From the human T2T-CHM13v2.0 reference genome, Homo sapiens: a DNA stretch of 64,000 nt. Positions 38,468 to 55,424 of this stretch are shown here, piece by piece. Below the pieces are notes generated by a model, which was not told where the DNA came from, did not search any database, and saw only the letters and a program-made list of their open reading frames with translations. Positions within the stretch are counted from its first letter, which is position 1. Each line of letters opens with the position of its first letter. A program made the position numbers and the translations under genes. The DNA is taken from assembly GCF_009914755.1 (NCBI RefSeq), contig NC_060929.1. The stretch is one strand, 5' to 3'.

Positions 38468-40575
38468 TCAAGGAATAAATAATTCCACCAATTTTACGCA
38501 AAAAATTTTTCCACAGAATAGAAGTATATTTTCTCAACTCATGTTGTGAGGCTAGCATAACTTCACTATCAAAATGTGAAAGAACAGTATCAAAAAAATC
38601 ATAGGTACTTTCACTCATAAACACAGGCACAAAATTCCTAATAGCAAAGTGAATTAAGGGGTATAAAATAAAAATAATAACAGATCACATTCAAGTTAGA
38701 TTTGTTTTAGGAATGCAAAATCGGTGTAACAGAAATCAGTTAATATGCTTCCCACAATTACAGATTAAAGTAGAAAATTATATGATCATCTCAACAATAC
38801 AAAAAAAAACCTGACCAAATTTAATATCCATTCAGAATAAATAGTCTTAGCATATTAGAAATCGAAGAAACTTCTTTGACAATGTGTATATATACCAAAA
38901 GCTACAGGCAAAACCCTTCAGGATGGTGGGTACTCTGAGTTGGGGGTGGAGGTTCAGTTGTAACTGGAAGGGGGGTACATAACAAAGGGCATCTTGGTCT
39001 CAGACCCTGATTACATGAATGTAAATTTCCTTTTAAATTTTTTGAAATTTAATGCTGCATAATGAGTTGTACACTTCGACCTGAAATAAAGAAGAACTAA
39101 GATACACACACACGTCCCCCTCTGATTACAACCATGTAAATGCTATATATACAGCACAGGCAAAGACTACAAGTGAATATGAACAAATTAAAACAGTTTG
39201 ATTTGTTAACATAGTGTGATAATGTAACTATGTGTAAATTTTAAAAACTGTCACCAAACAGGAAACTGTGAGAAAGGTAAGACAGATATGGCTCTGGGCA
39301 CCACCTATTTTATTTTCATATCCTTAGACAGGTAGGCCTGGTTCAACTTTGACGGTGGGTTAGGAAGAACTCCCACTGACAACCAGCAGTAAAGACAGGC
39401 AGTCAAATGTAGAACCCATAGAATGCTCCCATTTGCTGCCTTCCCAGCCTTCTTACAGGAATGGTGCACTAATTAATCATCCAGATACTAAAGCACCTAA
39501 TATACAACCTTATCAATGCTTGGGTTCCAGCCCCCATTTTCATAAGAGCAAAGATGAGAAGTCCAGAACAAAGGCCTCATGCTGTCCCTCACCCTAAAAA
39601 CAACATCAAGGGCTGAGTAATTTCAGTTTACAGAATTGTGTGAAATAAGGGACCAAAATAGGTGGGTATAGATAGCACCTTAGCACAAAGGAAAAGAGGA
39701 AAATTTTTTCTGCAAAGGCTGTGACTCTCAACAAACAATAGTAGAAAAGAGAGACCCTTACACCTAGCTATGTGGTTAAAAAGTGGCCGTGCCAGGATCC
39801 GTATTTCTAGCTGCTGCAATCCTGACCTATTCAGCAGATTCTAAACCTTTTGCTAGTGGGAACTATAGTTTCCAAACTAGACATGGGGCCAATCTAGTCT
39901 CCACAGACCAGACTCTACGAGTGTCCTGCCAGCCTTGCCAAGAAGCCAGACCCTGCTAATTCCCTTCTATCACCTGTGCCCTTCCCTTGGGCAAGGGAAT
40001 AGACTGCTTGCTGTGGCTGCTGAAAGTCAGAGTCACTGACCCATTTCAGAAGTGGGAGAAGAATATTAAGCAAGAACTTTCATCTGATCATTTGCATCTA
40101 AGTCAGTCTCAGGGAGTATCTCCAAAAAGGTCAAGGGAAGGACTAGCGATATTATAATCCTGAAGCCATAAAGGACTTTTCACCACATCCCCCCCGGCCC
40201 CAACACAGTATTATATTTTTTCTTTCTGTAAAAGTCCATGAAGTGCTGTTAATTCATTGAGTCTTACCAGGGAGAAAGCTGCTACTTAAGTAAAAAAAGT
40301 ATTCGGGAAAAAAAAAGCTGATACTCTAGAATCACCATAGGGATGCAGCTATTACACAGTGGCCAAACACAGTTGTCCCAAAGCTTAAAAGCTCTCCTTT
40401 AATTCTTAGAACGGGTGAGGCCCACTTCTATGACCATGTTCTCCGTTGACGGCAGTGTGCAAACTTTTCTCAAGACTTTGGGTAACAGATTATCACGTCA
40501 GGAGAAAAGTAAGAGTCCAGCCCTTTCTCCCTCTGAAGGTGGCAGGGCATTGCTCCTTCACTTGGTCACCAATAG

Positions 40576-40989
<414 letters not shown>

Positions 40990-42016
40990 TAAAAGAAATT
41001 AAGTCTATAAATAAATTGCAAAATAAAAAATAAAAAAGAGCATAAGAGAGAACCTATAGAGACATCAACCAACTGCAATGTGTAGACTTTATTTGGCTCT
41101 GATTCAAATGAACTATTAAAAAAAACAACTATCATAAGATAATTTGGGAAATTTAATACTAACTGGCTATCTGATGATAAAGAATTTTTTAAATGTGATA
41201 ATGGTAGTAATTATCTTCTTTTAAAAGTCCTAATTTTTTTGACACACATTCTGAACTGCTTAAGGATTAAATAATATGAACAAGGATACATGTAAAAATA
41301 ATGGGTGGCAAAGACAAAGTTGATACAGGTATATGAAACAAGACTAGCTGTTGATTAAGTTTTTTAAATGGGTGATGGACATAGGGGTGTTCATACTAGT
41401 CTCTTTACATATATGTGTGTATGTGTGCGTGCATTTTTTTCACGGTTTCAAAAATAACATTTTTTAAAAAAATTCAGGACCATTTCCCTAGAGTCCTTGG
41501 GGCATTTGATTCTTCCCAGACAGCTAAGTGAAAGGGGTTCCTTTTTTTCTTCTTTTTTTGGGGGTATCTTTTCTTATCTGATCCTATAATTAAGAAAACT
41601 GCCCTAAACATCTCTGTAGCAAAAACACCTAAACCCAGGATTAGAGTCTAGATGAGGCAGAGGGGATGCCCTGGCCTGCTGCCTCAAAAGCTAGCACTCT
41701 GTCACTGTTAGTAGGTGTCCGGCAGCCAAACCATTTTGCTCTGTGCTCCGCTGGCAAGGACTTGCGGCATCGATTGCTCAGGATGCAGGCAGCCTGCAGC
41801 AAGGTGTGTCCCTGATGAGCAACTGCTGAGTAAAAGAGTACGTAGCTGCGCCTCAGCCAGTCTCCCTCCCTCTGCAAACCAGACTCCTCCTTTGCCTAAC
41901 TCCTTTTTTTATTCCTGCGTCACAAATACAAAATGGAGTTAGCTGGGAGCAAAAACAATCTGTCTAAAATGGCTGAATGCGGTGGGGAGTGCCAGACAGT
42001 AAAGCGAAGGGAAAGG

Positions 42017-42030
42017 GCACCCCCTGGCGG
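42017..42030 (-). promoter_or_regulatory. CTCF motif CCGCCAGGGGGTGC
   Basis: Near-consensus core. Confidence 0.7.
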
Positions 42031-45000
42031 CCAAGATAGGGAGTCTGTTTTATGTTCTTCACTACTTTTGCATTTCAAACGAATCAGTCCTACAGAGTCC
42101 AAGTTAATTTTGTCACAAATCTTGATGTTGAGCTCTAAAATTCAACTAATAGAAACTGAGGCACAAGAAGGGAAAATAATTTTCAGTCTCTAAAGACAAA
42201 GGGCACAAGTCAACAGCCCTGAGTTGCAGTTACTGCTTGGTTATGATCAGTAATAGTTTCTAGGAGACAACAGAACGGAAGGGAGGTCCTTTTATAGTAC
42301 ATGATTCCCCAGCTTCAATAATGGACTAATGACCCCCGGAATCCCACCGCTATAGCCTGCACTTCCCCAGGAATTCCTGTTTAAGGCGTCTCTCAATGAA
42401 GACCACAAACAGGAAATGGAGGAGTGGGGAGTTGCCTGACATCCTGGAAACTACGTTCTTAAAGAACTGCAGGTGGGAGTAAGTGGGATAGAAAAATGGG
42501 CTTTTCAAAAACTGTTGAGAACACGGACTGAGTCAGTTGTATCCGCACGGCTGGAAGACAGGCAGCTCCACCTAACCTCACTCACTTACTCAGGACCAAA
42601 ACCCTACTTGCTCTGCCCAAGATAAAGCCTGCAGCATTTGTACCTATTCTACAGGGAACACCCTCCATTATCTTTATCTTACGCTACACCTCCCTTGAGT
42701 AAGCCAAGTACCTATGACTAAAAAAGAACATGTAAGAAAGGTGGAAAAAACAGAAATTATCTGGAAAAACTTGTGGGTACAAGTCATTAATGGTTGCCAC
42801 TACTTAAATGAGGCTGCACAAATACGCCAGTTTATCCAACGTCCCTAAAGTGAGATAATGGCAACACATACAACACAGGTGCACAAAAATCACAAGTTGT
42901 TAAAAAAAAAAAAAAAGACTCTGGCATCACTATAGTTTTCTCTGAAGAAATAGGGTCTTTGTGGAAGAATCTTAGATCTCTCAGGCATATATGAAAGATC
43001 AGAACACTTAATAATCTCTCCAGGAAATAACTTTCTGTGAGGGTAACATAGCTATGGAATTGCCAAGTTCACCTAGCATACAATAAGCCATGTCTATTAA
43101 GCACTACATCAACTCTCTAATTCTGGGAAGAGGAGACAGTAAGAGGGTCTTAATGTTAATATAAGTGTTAATATAAGAAGCTGCCCAAATGGAGGACTTC
43201 TGATTTATATTCTTCATGGTTGTAATATACATAAGGGATAAATTCAGCACTTTAAAACAATCACTAAGGTATACATTATAGAAGGAAAAAATATCATGCC
43301 AACCGAATAGCAGTTATCCCTGCCCAAAGGTAACCGTATCACTGATACCTTGGCCAAAATATACAACTATCTGCAAAATCCCACAGAACTAGACCATTAC
43401 AGATGTGCAAGCTGTAAGGAGGGACAGGGCAAACTGGCATTAATGAACAAACCTAAAGGACAAGAACAAAGCCACACAGAATCCCAAAGGAAGAACCAGA
43501 TGCTGAGAGTTATAAAGAAGGGGACAGATATAAGTCTGGAAGGGTAGCAGAAAAGCAGTATTAAAAATCTGGGCACTTCACCAAGCATTTGGTCTTTCAG
43601 ATAATATAGTCATTGAGTTTCCCACAGATACTTTCCCAGCACACCCAGGATGGTGACTCAATTAGGGAGTGCTAAAAAGAGGTCTGCTTCTAGGATGTGG
43701 GTGGGGAAGGACTGGAAGGACAGGCACTATCCCAAACAAGGACTCAGGTATGTCAGCAAAGAGGACAGGTTTATGCAAGGAAACAATAGGCTAGAGGGCA
43801 GAAGAAAAGGCATTAAAATAAGGTACTAGAAATAAAACTCTTTTCCTGGATTAAAAAATGTTTTATTATGGGAAAAATTAAACATTCAAAAACACAATTA
43901 TTAATCCCCATGCATACATCACTCAGTTTCAACAGTTATCCACTCGTGACCAATTCTGTTTCATCTACACCCCACTTCTAAATCCCATAATGATCCGCAA
44001 TTATTTCTGTACACATCTCTAAAAGATGATGACTTTTTAAAAAATGCCATGAAACCATTATCACACTAATTTCCAGCTGTCTCAACTGTCAAGTGTTTTG
44101 TATAGTTCATTTGGATCAAGATCTAAATAAGTTCCATATACTGTACTGGTTGATAAAATTTAAAATTCCCTCTTAATCTATATGTTCCTCTCCATCTCAT
44201 TTTTTCCCCTGAAATTTATTTGTTGAAGAAATCAGGACACTAATCACTGGTAAAAATCAAGAAGCACTAGCACAGTTACTTTACACTGTCAGTCACTGGA
44301 AGCAAGCACCTGAGGTTTCTCTCAACATGCCTGCATTCTTGCCACTCCCTTTCACTAAGTGCTGGATTTGAGCCCAATATATCTAGGCTCAAATTCTGGC
44401 TTGGTGTTTACTTGCTATAAAATCTTAACAAGCAAAGGACATATTAATTCTCTTTTATATCTCTCAATTATAAAACAAAGATAATACCAATTAGGCATTA
44501 TGGAAATAATGTTTTGATAATTGGAAATAATAGTTGATAATCCCCTGTCACAAATCTGACATTAAATAGGTATTCATAATTTAAGACTGAATGAGAAGGC
44601 AAAGTACCTTCATCTTTTTTTTAGGTGCTCCAGATCAGTTTTAATCTCTGCTGTATCTCACCCACGCTAACCTAAATAAATACTGAGTAAACTGCAGAAT
44701 TCTAAACCATTCTCCATAACAAAGGATTCTAGAAATATTCTGTTTTATTCAGGGTTGGGAAGGGAAGTAACAGGGTAAGAGCAGAACAAAGAGAACAGAT
44801 GGAATAAACTCCCAGCCCCCAGCCTGAGCCTGCAGAGACAGCTGCTGGTTTTCGTCATACTGCTGTTTTTTTCCCTTCTTTGTTCCTGAGGTGGAAGCCA
44901 GGAAAGGGTGGGGAAAGATGAGGGGGGGAAGGGGTGGAGATGGGAGGACCGCCATCTCTGTTACTGAAAGTCACCTGATCTTCTCCTCCAATCCCTAGTC

Positions 45001-48000
45001 TCTGACCTCACAATCTGGAACCTGAGCCAAAATAGCTCAACTGCGCGCACCCCGTGGCCGAAAAGAAAAATGCAAGCAGAATAGGAAAAACGGGAAATTC
45101 TTGGGAAGGATTTTTGCAGTTTTTCTTGCTAAAAGAAATGCAAACACACACACAGGAGAGTGCCGTATCTTCCCATCTAATAGATCTAAAAGAAGAAATC
45201 ACTGGCTCTAAGAAGAGTTGGGGTTATTGTAGGATCAGGAGGAAAGAATGGTTCCATCCCATCTTGCAGAAATGGGGTTACCAATGCCCTTCTGTTATAT
45301 CACTGGGGTCCCTTGTCCAATGGTACTTAGAAGTGAAAAGAGTTTTGTTTTTTTTTTTTTTACATTGGAGTCTGTTTTTTCAAAAAGAAACTGTTAAGAG
45401 TGAAGTAAAGGATACTGTTACTTGCTTTATAGAACTGAATGCTAGTACTTGGCTTGGCAGACGAAATCTCAGGTCCAAGTACTTCTAGAAATCTAGAAGT
45501 GCTCTAGAATCTTCTCCAAGCATGTCAGACACTGAAATTTCCTTTTTAACCCTGTGTCTTTTTCATTATAAAAACAATATAACCACATTATAGAAAAATT
45601 AAAAGAGAAAGTATGTAGTACCCTAACAAAATCTCTGTTACAGTAGTCTGGTATATTCCCTTCTAATCTTTCACTAATGCATTTGTTTTTAATATGAAAC
45701 AATTGTAATAAGGTGTACATAATTTGTTTCCTGCTTTTCCCACCAAACACTGAATCACAAGCATTCTTCCACACTGCTCCAAAGGCAATGGGCGAGAGTT
45801 CTAATACATGGAACAGTTACAGGACACTAAGTTCTAGAGCAATTCATCTCCAGAACAAAAACTGAAATGGAAGCAAGAAAAAAATAAGGTAGGCCACTCC
45901 TTTCCTTTAAAGACCTTTTATAGAGTAGCATCCCTTTGCTAGCAGTACAAAGATCTCCTCCTGTTCAAGTATCACACTCGAGTGAAGTCTGGAAGGTCCC
46001 CTGGCTGAACTTTGCAAGTCTCTCTTCCCCATATCATAATGGCTGTAAGCTCTAGCATAAGTTGCCATACATTTACAGAGCTGATGTGGGTAACTAACTC
46101 TTCAATTCATTGTTATGTATGAGTTTTTTTTAGGAAGATCAAAAGGACATGTATACATGCTAAGATGCAGTCAGATCAAACGGGTTACTGTAGCTACTGT
46201 TTCAAAAAAAAAAAAGAACAATTATTTCATTACTCTACTTTTGTTTTATCCTTGTGTTCATTATAAAAGTAATGCCTGCTTATTAAAAACTTATAATTTT
46301 TTTAATGAGGAAAGTCTCTGCATACTGATACGAAGACTCTCCAGGATATAGAAGCAAGGTATAGAAACAGTACAGATAGTATGTTCCTTGTTTTGGTAAG
46401 AGGAAGGACAAGAATCTGTATCAGTATTTGTTTATAACTGCACTTTTTAAGAAAGTCTAAAGGATAATCAAACTAATAAAAATGGTTACCTCTAGAAGGT
46501 AGGGGAGGGAGAAGGATGGCATGGATGAATACTAGGGTGGGAATGAGACTTTTTTATACTGTTTTGACTTCTGAACCACTTACCTATGCAAAAAAAAAAA
46601 AACAAACAAAAAAAAACAGATAACAGAGAAGCTGAAAGAAAAGCCCCAGAGGAAACATTCTGTGGAGACATCCTTAGCACTCCTTGCAAACTAGCCTGTC
46701 TACAACCTTATGTTTGGAGGGAGACTTGTTCAGCATCAGCAGCAAAGTCATTTCAGGTCCAACAATTCCCAAATAGTGTAAGGTCAAGGGATCCTCAAAA
46801 CAGTGCCTTTTCCTTAAGGCAACAGTTTTGGGTTCTAGTATGTAGTAAGAGAGCACTGGATCACTCTTTTGTTCACCCCAATCCTTAGTTCTGCTTTGAC
46901 ACTTGCTAGATATCCCATTTCTTTGCCTAAACACATCTCTGATGTCTACCAACTCCAGGTCTCCATAGCAAGAGAATAACCAAGCTTGAACAAAAGTTAT
47001 GTCTGTATAACTGTAACATTCTTCATCTTGATTTCTATCTCCTCCAGTTTCTCACAACTCCTTCCGTGTTGTACAAGCCCCAGTCCAGCACAATACTCTG
47101 CCCTAATCACTCTGCCCTCCATCCATCCTCTCCAGCAGAGTCAATCTCTAAGTGGTTCCGAGCTAGTTCACTGACCACAGAGGACTTCTTCAAAATGTCC
47201 TTCTAAGATGGCTACTGAGAAGTTTGGAAGATGGCAAGAAAAGTGCCTCTGAAACAGTGACTCCAAAATTGACTGCCAAGTCAACAGAAAATGTTGAATT
47301 GTTTCCTAATCAATCTCATATGACCTCCATAAGAACAGGGATAATACTTATATAATACCTATTCAGATACAGATACCAAAATATTATTAAGAGAACAGGT
47401 GAAGAGTGGCTTAATTCACACCATTAACATGTAAACATGTTACATGTTACAAACATGCTCCTCATGTAATCCTTATACTAAAGTTTGAGATTTACTGGTA
47501 TCAACAGACATTTAAGGCTAGGAACTGACTGTACCAAGATGTTAGAAGTTTAAGTAATACTGACCCCCCAACTAGATGGTCTAAGTCTCAGACAATGACA
47601 TTTAAAAGGACATTTGGTTAGAAATAAAATCTGGAATCCACAGATAATGGCAGATGGTACCTTGGACTTAAAAGATACCATTTCAGTCTATATGTTTCTA
47701 GAAAAGAGTAATACAGGCACACACTAAAGCTGGGATGGCTAGAAAGAGGCTCTAAAAATGAGACTAGCTGGGGATAATTAGGAGTTAACATATGACACAA
47801 AGGGTTGACTTTGACCGTGAAAATCTTTCTGCACCAGCATATTCTATCCAAGTTAGACCAGGGGAATTCCCTGAAGAAATGGATTCAGTATGTTATCTCA
47901 AGCTAGTTATCCATATATAATGTGGGTAGGTTCTATTATGCGCTTAAAGTAGTTTTTCAGCAGAAACTGAGACAGAGATGGGATTATGAGTGTGTATATA

Positions 48001-48375
48001 ATGAGGCTACAATGAGCTACCAAGCTGATAAAATACAAACCTCTCTTTGAGCCCTCTCAAAGGAAGGCTATGCTTTCATGAAGGTATCAGACTAAAGAAC
48101 AAAAACCTTTCCAGCCTCTGGACCCCAAAAAGAACACGAATATTGCTACTATTGAAAATACTAGCTGCAACAGGACAAGATCCTTTTGTAAAAGGGCAAG
48201 CTGTAGCTTTCTGCATAATTTAACTGCTGATCAGTCCTCCAAATAAATTTCCTGACAGGTAGAGGGCAGTATACTAATCAGCTTGTATTTGGAAAGGACA
48301 GAGGTTGCCTCTCTCTAACGTGATGACATCACTACCAAACGCAACAATGACACATCTAAAATAAAAGGGATCCAT

Positions 48376-48389
48376 GTGCCATCTGGTGG
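48376..48389 (-). promoter_or_regulatory. CTCF motif CCACCAGATGGCAC
   Basis: Full consensus core, with upstream TGCTTTAC module-like sequence. Confidence 0.8.
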
Positions 48390-49459
48390 CTGAAAGCAGT
48401 AAAGCACACTGCTAGAAATAAAATATCAAATTCCCACGGTTGAGAAGAAAATTAAAACTTAATTCCTTTACCTGATGATGCAGTCCCTTAAATCTCCAAT
48501 AGTAAGTCTTCTGTGGAAACTACATCAGCAGCCTTCGCGCAATAGTTTTAAAGTTTTGCCCCAGTTTAGCTCTATACTCCTAAACACTGGCTGTAAGCAA
48601 GCAGCAGCTCCTGATGCCTGACCTTTGGTGCATAGAGTAAGAGAATGAAACTCAGACCAAAACAAACAAAATAACAAAAGGACCTGGAAGGCTGTCAGAA
48701 ACAAAAGAAGAGTTTGACATGACAGATAACACCAAAGACAGCTTATTGCAAGGAAAAAAAGTAACAGAACCAGAAGTTTAAAACTGAAAGATACCTTTTA
48801 GGTTCATGTATCTCACTTTACAGATAGAGTCAAGGTAAGAAAGATAACCCCTGGTGCAATCTTATTAGTGGTCAGACTAAAACAACATATCACTTTTCCC
48901 CTACTAGACATTACCATAAATATTTTTTTATTTTTCGTGGAAGTATAAATTGCTACAATCTTATACCTAGCAACTTGGGCCCACAGATTTTATTTTTAAG
49001 AATTTACTGTGCAGAAATACAAGTTTGCAAAGACAATTAAAAATGGATGTTTCCTTCAGCATTGCTTGTAATAAAAAAATGGAAAACTTATTTGTATTAT
49101 ATGACAGAATACAACTATCAGAAATAATGACACAAATCTATATGTAAGGACATCGAGATGCTAAAACACGTTAAGCAAAATACAAAACAGTATATACTGT
49201 ATAAGATCACACCAATTATATTAAAAAAGAAGTGTGTATACCTTCATGTTTCTGTAATTTTATTTTTAATTCCCTTGCCCCTTTTCCAGTAAAGTTTTAT
49301 TCAAAAATTTACCTTTCTCACTTGAACTAAAGAAGAAAAGGATTTTCCCATTCCTTTATTAGAATAACATATGTATATAAAAAGTATGATTTAACCACAG
49401 TCACTCTGGGGGAGGACACCTTTTTACCCTGTATTTCCAGTGTATTCTACATATTTGTT

Positions 49460-51250
<1,791 letters not shown>

Positions 51251-51683
51251 TTTAGGTTCCTTTTTTATATCACTAGTGACAGTGAGATGACAACCTGGAG
51301 GAGGTATGGTACTTTTTCCATGTGAAGAAGTTCTGGAAACCCCAGATAATAGGGATAGATTTATATTTTTAAATCACAAGGGACTATTATCTTGATATTA
51401 TAGAACTTTCCAATTTCTTTGTGCTAGTAGTCTGACCCTACTCAAAACCCAAGAGAAGCTAAGTAATTAAAAGGTAAGACTCCCAACAAGTGTTCACTTG
51501 ACTAGTACCTCTAGTCCTAATCTTACCGATTTGAGTGGAATAAGAAACTGATGGAACAGACATCTTTCTGCTAAGAGACTCACTGAACAAGGTAGAGCAG
51601 GCTGAGCTCTCACAAAACCTTGCTGCTAAAGGTTAAAGCTGCAGAAGCTACAAAAATTCACTAATAAAGATGCAACTGGGTGA

Positions 51684-51697
51684 GTGCCACCTAGTGG
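51684..51697 (-). promoter_or_regulatory. CTCF motif CCACTAGGTGGCAC
   Basis: Full consensus core, with upstream TGTGATAT module-like sequence. Confidence 0.8.
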
Positions 51698-53440
51698 ACA
51701 GAAGAGATATCACAGGGAAAAAGAAAAAGACCCTCAGATTCTTTTTGGGAAAGGGGCTCCTGCTGAAGCCTGAAGCAAGAAAATTATGTCAGGGCAGCAG
51801 ACAGGTAAACCTATCTGTTACGGCTAACAGTTCTGACTTCTGGAACAACAGTACTGGACCCACACAGTCAAATGCTAACTAGAATACTGTTATTTTTTAA
51901 TAAAATTCTCAATTCTTAGTGAAGGTCTTTTTAGCCAGAGTTTTTTCTAAATTACTGCCATTAAATATTTGGAGAACTGTTCTGATGCTCACAGTTCACA
52001 TAACACACCTCTTACTTTAACAAGTCTAATGTTCCATATTGTTTCTGGAAGGAAGGAATAAACCTAAAAATAAAAGTCACTGTACTATTTATTTAAGACA
52101 TGAGTTATCACTCACCATGCTATGGTTCAAGAGGTGGTAGTGTAATGATCACATAATCAACAAAAGACAGCGAAGAGAAGAAATGGAAAATGAAAAACTA
52201 GTTTATCTTGTACATACAAATAATGAGCTGCCTAAGGCTACTACAGCAATGAAAATGCTCCCTTGGAGAAAATGAAACAAAAAAAAAAAAAAAGAAATTT
52301 AACTATTGGACCTATTTCCAAGAAATTCAAAAAGAGTCAACAAAGACTCCTTGCTGATCACTATAAGGAAAGTGAGAATGTGAAAAAGGACCAGAAGTTT
52401 TATGGCACTGCCTATCAAAAGTAAATTCAAAATATTCTCTGGCAGGGAATAAGTTAACTGAGTAAGTAAATACCTCATTTATGGGAAACAAAGCCTTCAG
52501 AAACAAGACACTAATCCTTAAAAGAGAAATAATGTGTAAAAGAATCTGGAGTATAATATTCTAGGACCAGTTCCTGTCTCTCAGCTCTTCTCTTGTAAAA
52601 AGGCACACATATTCTGCTTCAGAATATGTGTAACAGGAGACTTTTCACTACAGGAGGCAAATGTGCAGAGTGAGGCAGGTGCTTTCTTCAATGCCCATTC
52701 TTGGAGGGGCCAGTAGGTATACCGAAGGTTTTAGGTATCAATAAAACATAAGGGGGATACAGGCATGCTTAACAAATAGCAGAGTTGTGTTTAGCAAGCA
52801 AGAGAGGAAATAATGCAATATGATGAAAACCCAGTGTCCAAATAACTTCTTCATCAATACTGGCAACCACCTGGACTGAAATCACCTAAGCAGTGCTTCT
52901 ACTAGATAAACATGTCTTATTTCTTCAACTGGATTAGTTTTGCTAGAGTTGAATACAGTCAGAATATGCCTTCTCTTTTATAACCCTAAATATCTAGTAT
53001 CTCACTTACTTTTTTTAATCTATTATTGTTCCCTTTTTTCTACTCAGTCACTGCCAATTCAAGGACATTTGCGTCTGAATGAATGAAGTGGTTCCTGAAG
53101 GCGGCATATCCCCTTTCTTGCAGCTTTTGTCTGGATCTAAGCTTTCAGAGGCTCTTAGGGCAAGTACATACACACTTCCTAAGAAGTAGAAGGCTAGAGC
53201 AAGGACTTTGGAGTCACTGTTTGGAGTCTGAATTCTGACACTTTTTATACAGTTTGGAAAAAGTTATCTAATCTATGTCACTACTTCATCTGGAAGATGA
53301 AATATTTACAAGGTTGATAATGAGTAGTTATCTATCATTTAATTATATCATCAATATCAAGACTATGAATGAGAGACTTGGTAACTGACACTGGCTTCAG
53401 CATTCAAACTGAACTGGTTCAATATTCAATTCAGTATTCA

Positions 53441-53778
<338 letters not shown>

Positions 53779-55415
53779 AGTAGTTAAGGATGAAGATCTT
53801 TTTCTGAAATATAAATACTAGAGATGTTTAAAGCACTGAAGTAAAGTATACTTGCTGTCATACTGAGGAGATCTGGGTCTTCTGAGTGCTTGCAATTTTT
53901 GAGAGCTTGAAATTCCTTATCTGACAAAAACCTAAACTCTAAATAAGAAGCACAAAGATCTTTTACTAAAGTTTTCTTTTTATTGGCCTTTTGTGACTAA
54001 GGGGGCCACTTTGGTATTTTAAAAAATACTACCATATCCCAATTCATAATGAGAATATAATGCCAAGGAAGACCACTAAACTGTATAAAACCCAACTAGA
54101 ATTAATAGGAATACAAATGCACCAAATAAAAAGATGGGGATGGGGGTGGGGGGAGAAAAGGGGCCCAGTCAGTATTCATTTGCAATGGCACTAAAAGTGC
54201 AGAGCCCAGACTCAAGAAAGAAACTTATGCCAGAGGCCAACATAGGGATTCTGTGAACTTACAAATTAGAAAATCATTTAATTTTGACTTTGTCAACTAG
54301 TCTTTATTGATAGACTAATACAGTATATGTGGTTACCATCCCAGTATTTTAATTAAGAGAGTGGAATTAATCCCTTAGGCTGGACTTTGGCATGGAAGGT
54401 GACAATTTTCTTAGAGGAAAAGGCCATTTTGACCTGAATGACAGGGCAACAAGACAGATCTGAGCATTATGGTCTTATACTCCTAGATACACACACACAC
54501 ATATGTAACTAGGGGCCACCAAGGCACCTCACAATCTGTTAGACTCCTTATTAGAACAAAGTGCAGCCTGTTTCCATCAGATCACTTAAGGAAAAAAAAA
54601 GGAATTGCCTTTAAAAATACTAATTGACTAGGGGGAGGTGGGGAAAATAAATGCTCCAAAGTTGCACTTAATTTTCATCACTAGGGTCATAGTAAGCCTC
54701 TAAACAAACAAAAATGCTGGAAGAAGATAAAAATATGAAATTATTGGGCTATAATTGTCATTATACATGACACAATCTTTCAAATACTATCTCAGGGGAA
54801 GTAACTATAAGTACCCTATCACAAGGTAGCACAAAACCACAAGAATTAGGAAGTCAAGAAAGAAGAGGGCAAAGTAGATCAGCTCTTGTAAAATAAAAGG
54901 AACCATATGAAGGCTAAAAAAGAAAATCAAGAATTTATATAGAAAAAATGGACCAGAAGTCAAGACTCCTGGTTCTGATCACATAACCTTGGGAAAGCTA
55001 CCTAACTGTTCAGAGTCTATATATGCTACAGAATGGAGATGATACACATCCTGCCTGTCTCATAAGGCTTCTCTGCATATCAAATAGGGTCATATATGTT
55101 AAGGCACTATGAAAATTGTAAAACAGCACAAATGTAAGGTAATAGTATTATTGCTTACGTTGTCCCTCACCTTCTAAAGAGATTAAGTATGTGGTAGTTT
55201 AACGGGAAGCAAACTTTCCTCCCTATTAGTTAATGCCAAAGCTATTGGTCATTTTGAACTCCAGGGGAGGAAACAAAAACAAAAAACACCTAGCAAAGAC
55301 AAGTCAACCCTCAATCTCTGGTCTCAGTTTTCTAATGAGAAATTCCTTTATATCTATTTCATCTTTTTCTCTAATATTCAAGAGACCAAACTAAAAGGCT
55401 CTTTTGTATTCTTAC

Positions 55416-55424
55416 CTTTGGAAG
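55416..55424 (-). CDS. DIAPH1: DIAPH1 exon 18, 9-nt microexon (CTTCCAAAG)
   Basis: ctgaag|CTTCCAAAG|gtaaga; supplies the T-S-K-A junction in the known sequence AQTKTSKAKKD. Confidence 0.9.

Noticed and set aside
48256-48269. Plus-strand CTCF-like CAGGTAGAGGGCAG (also CCAGCAGAGGGAAG at 6425-6438)
   Set aside because: Mismatch at a high-information position; too weak to call without a PWM scan or ChIP data.
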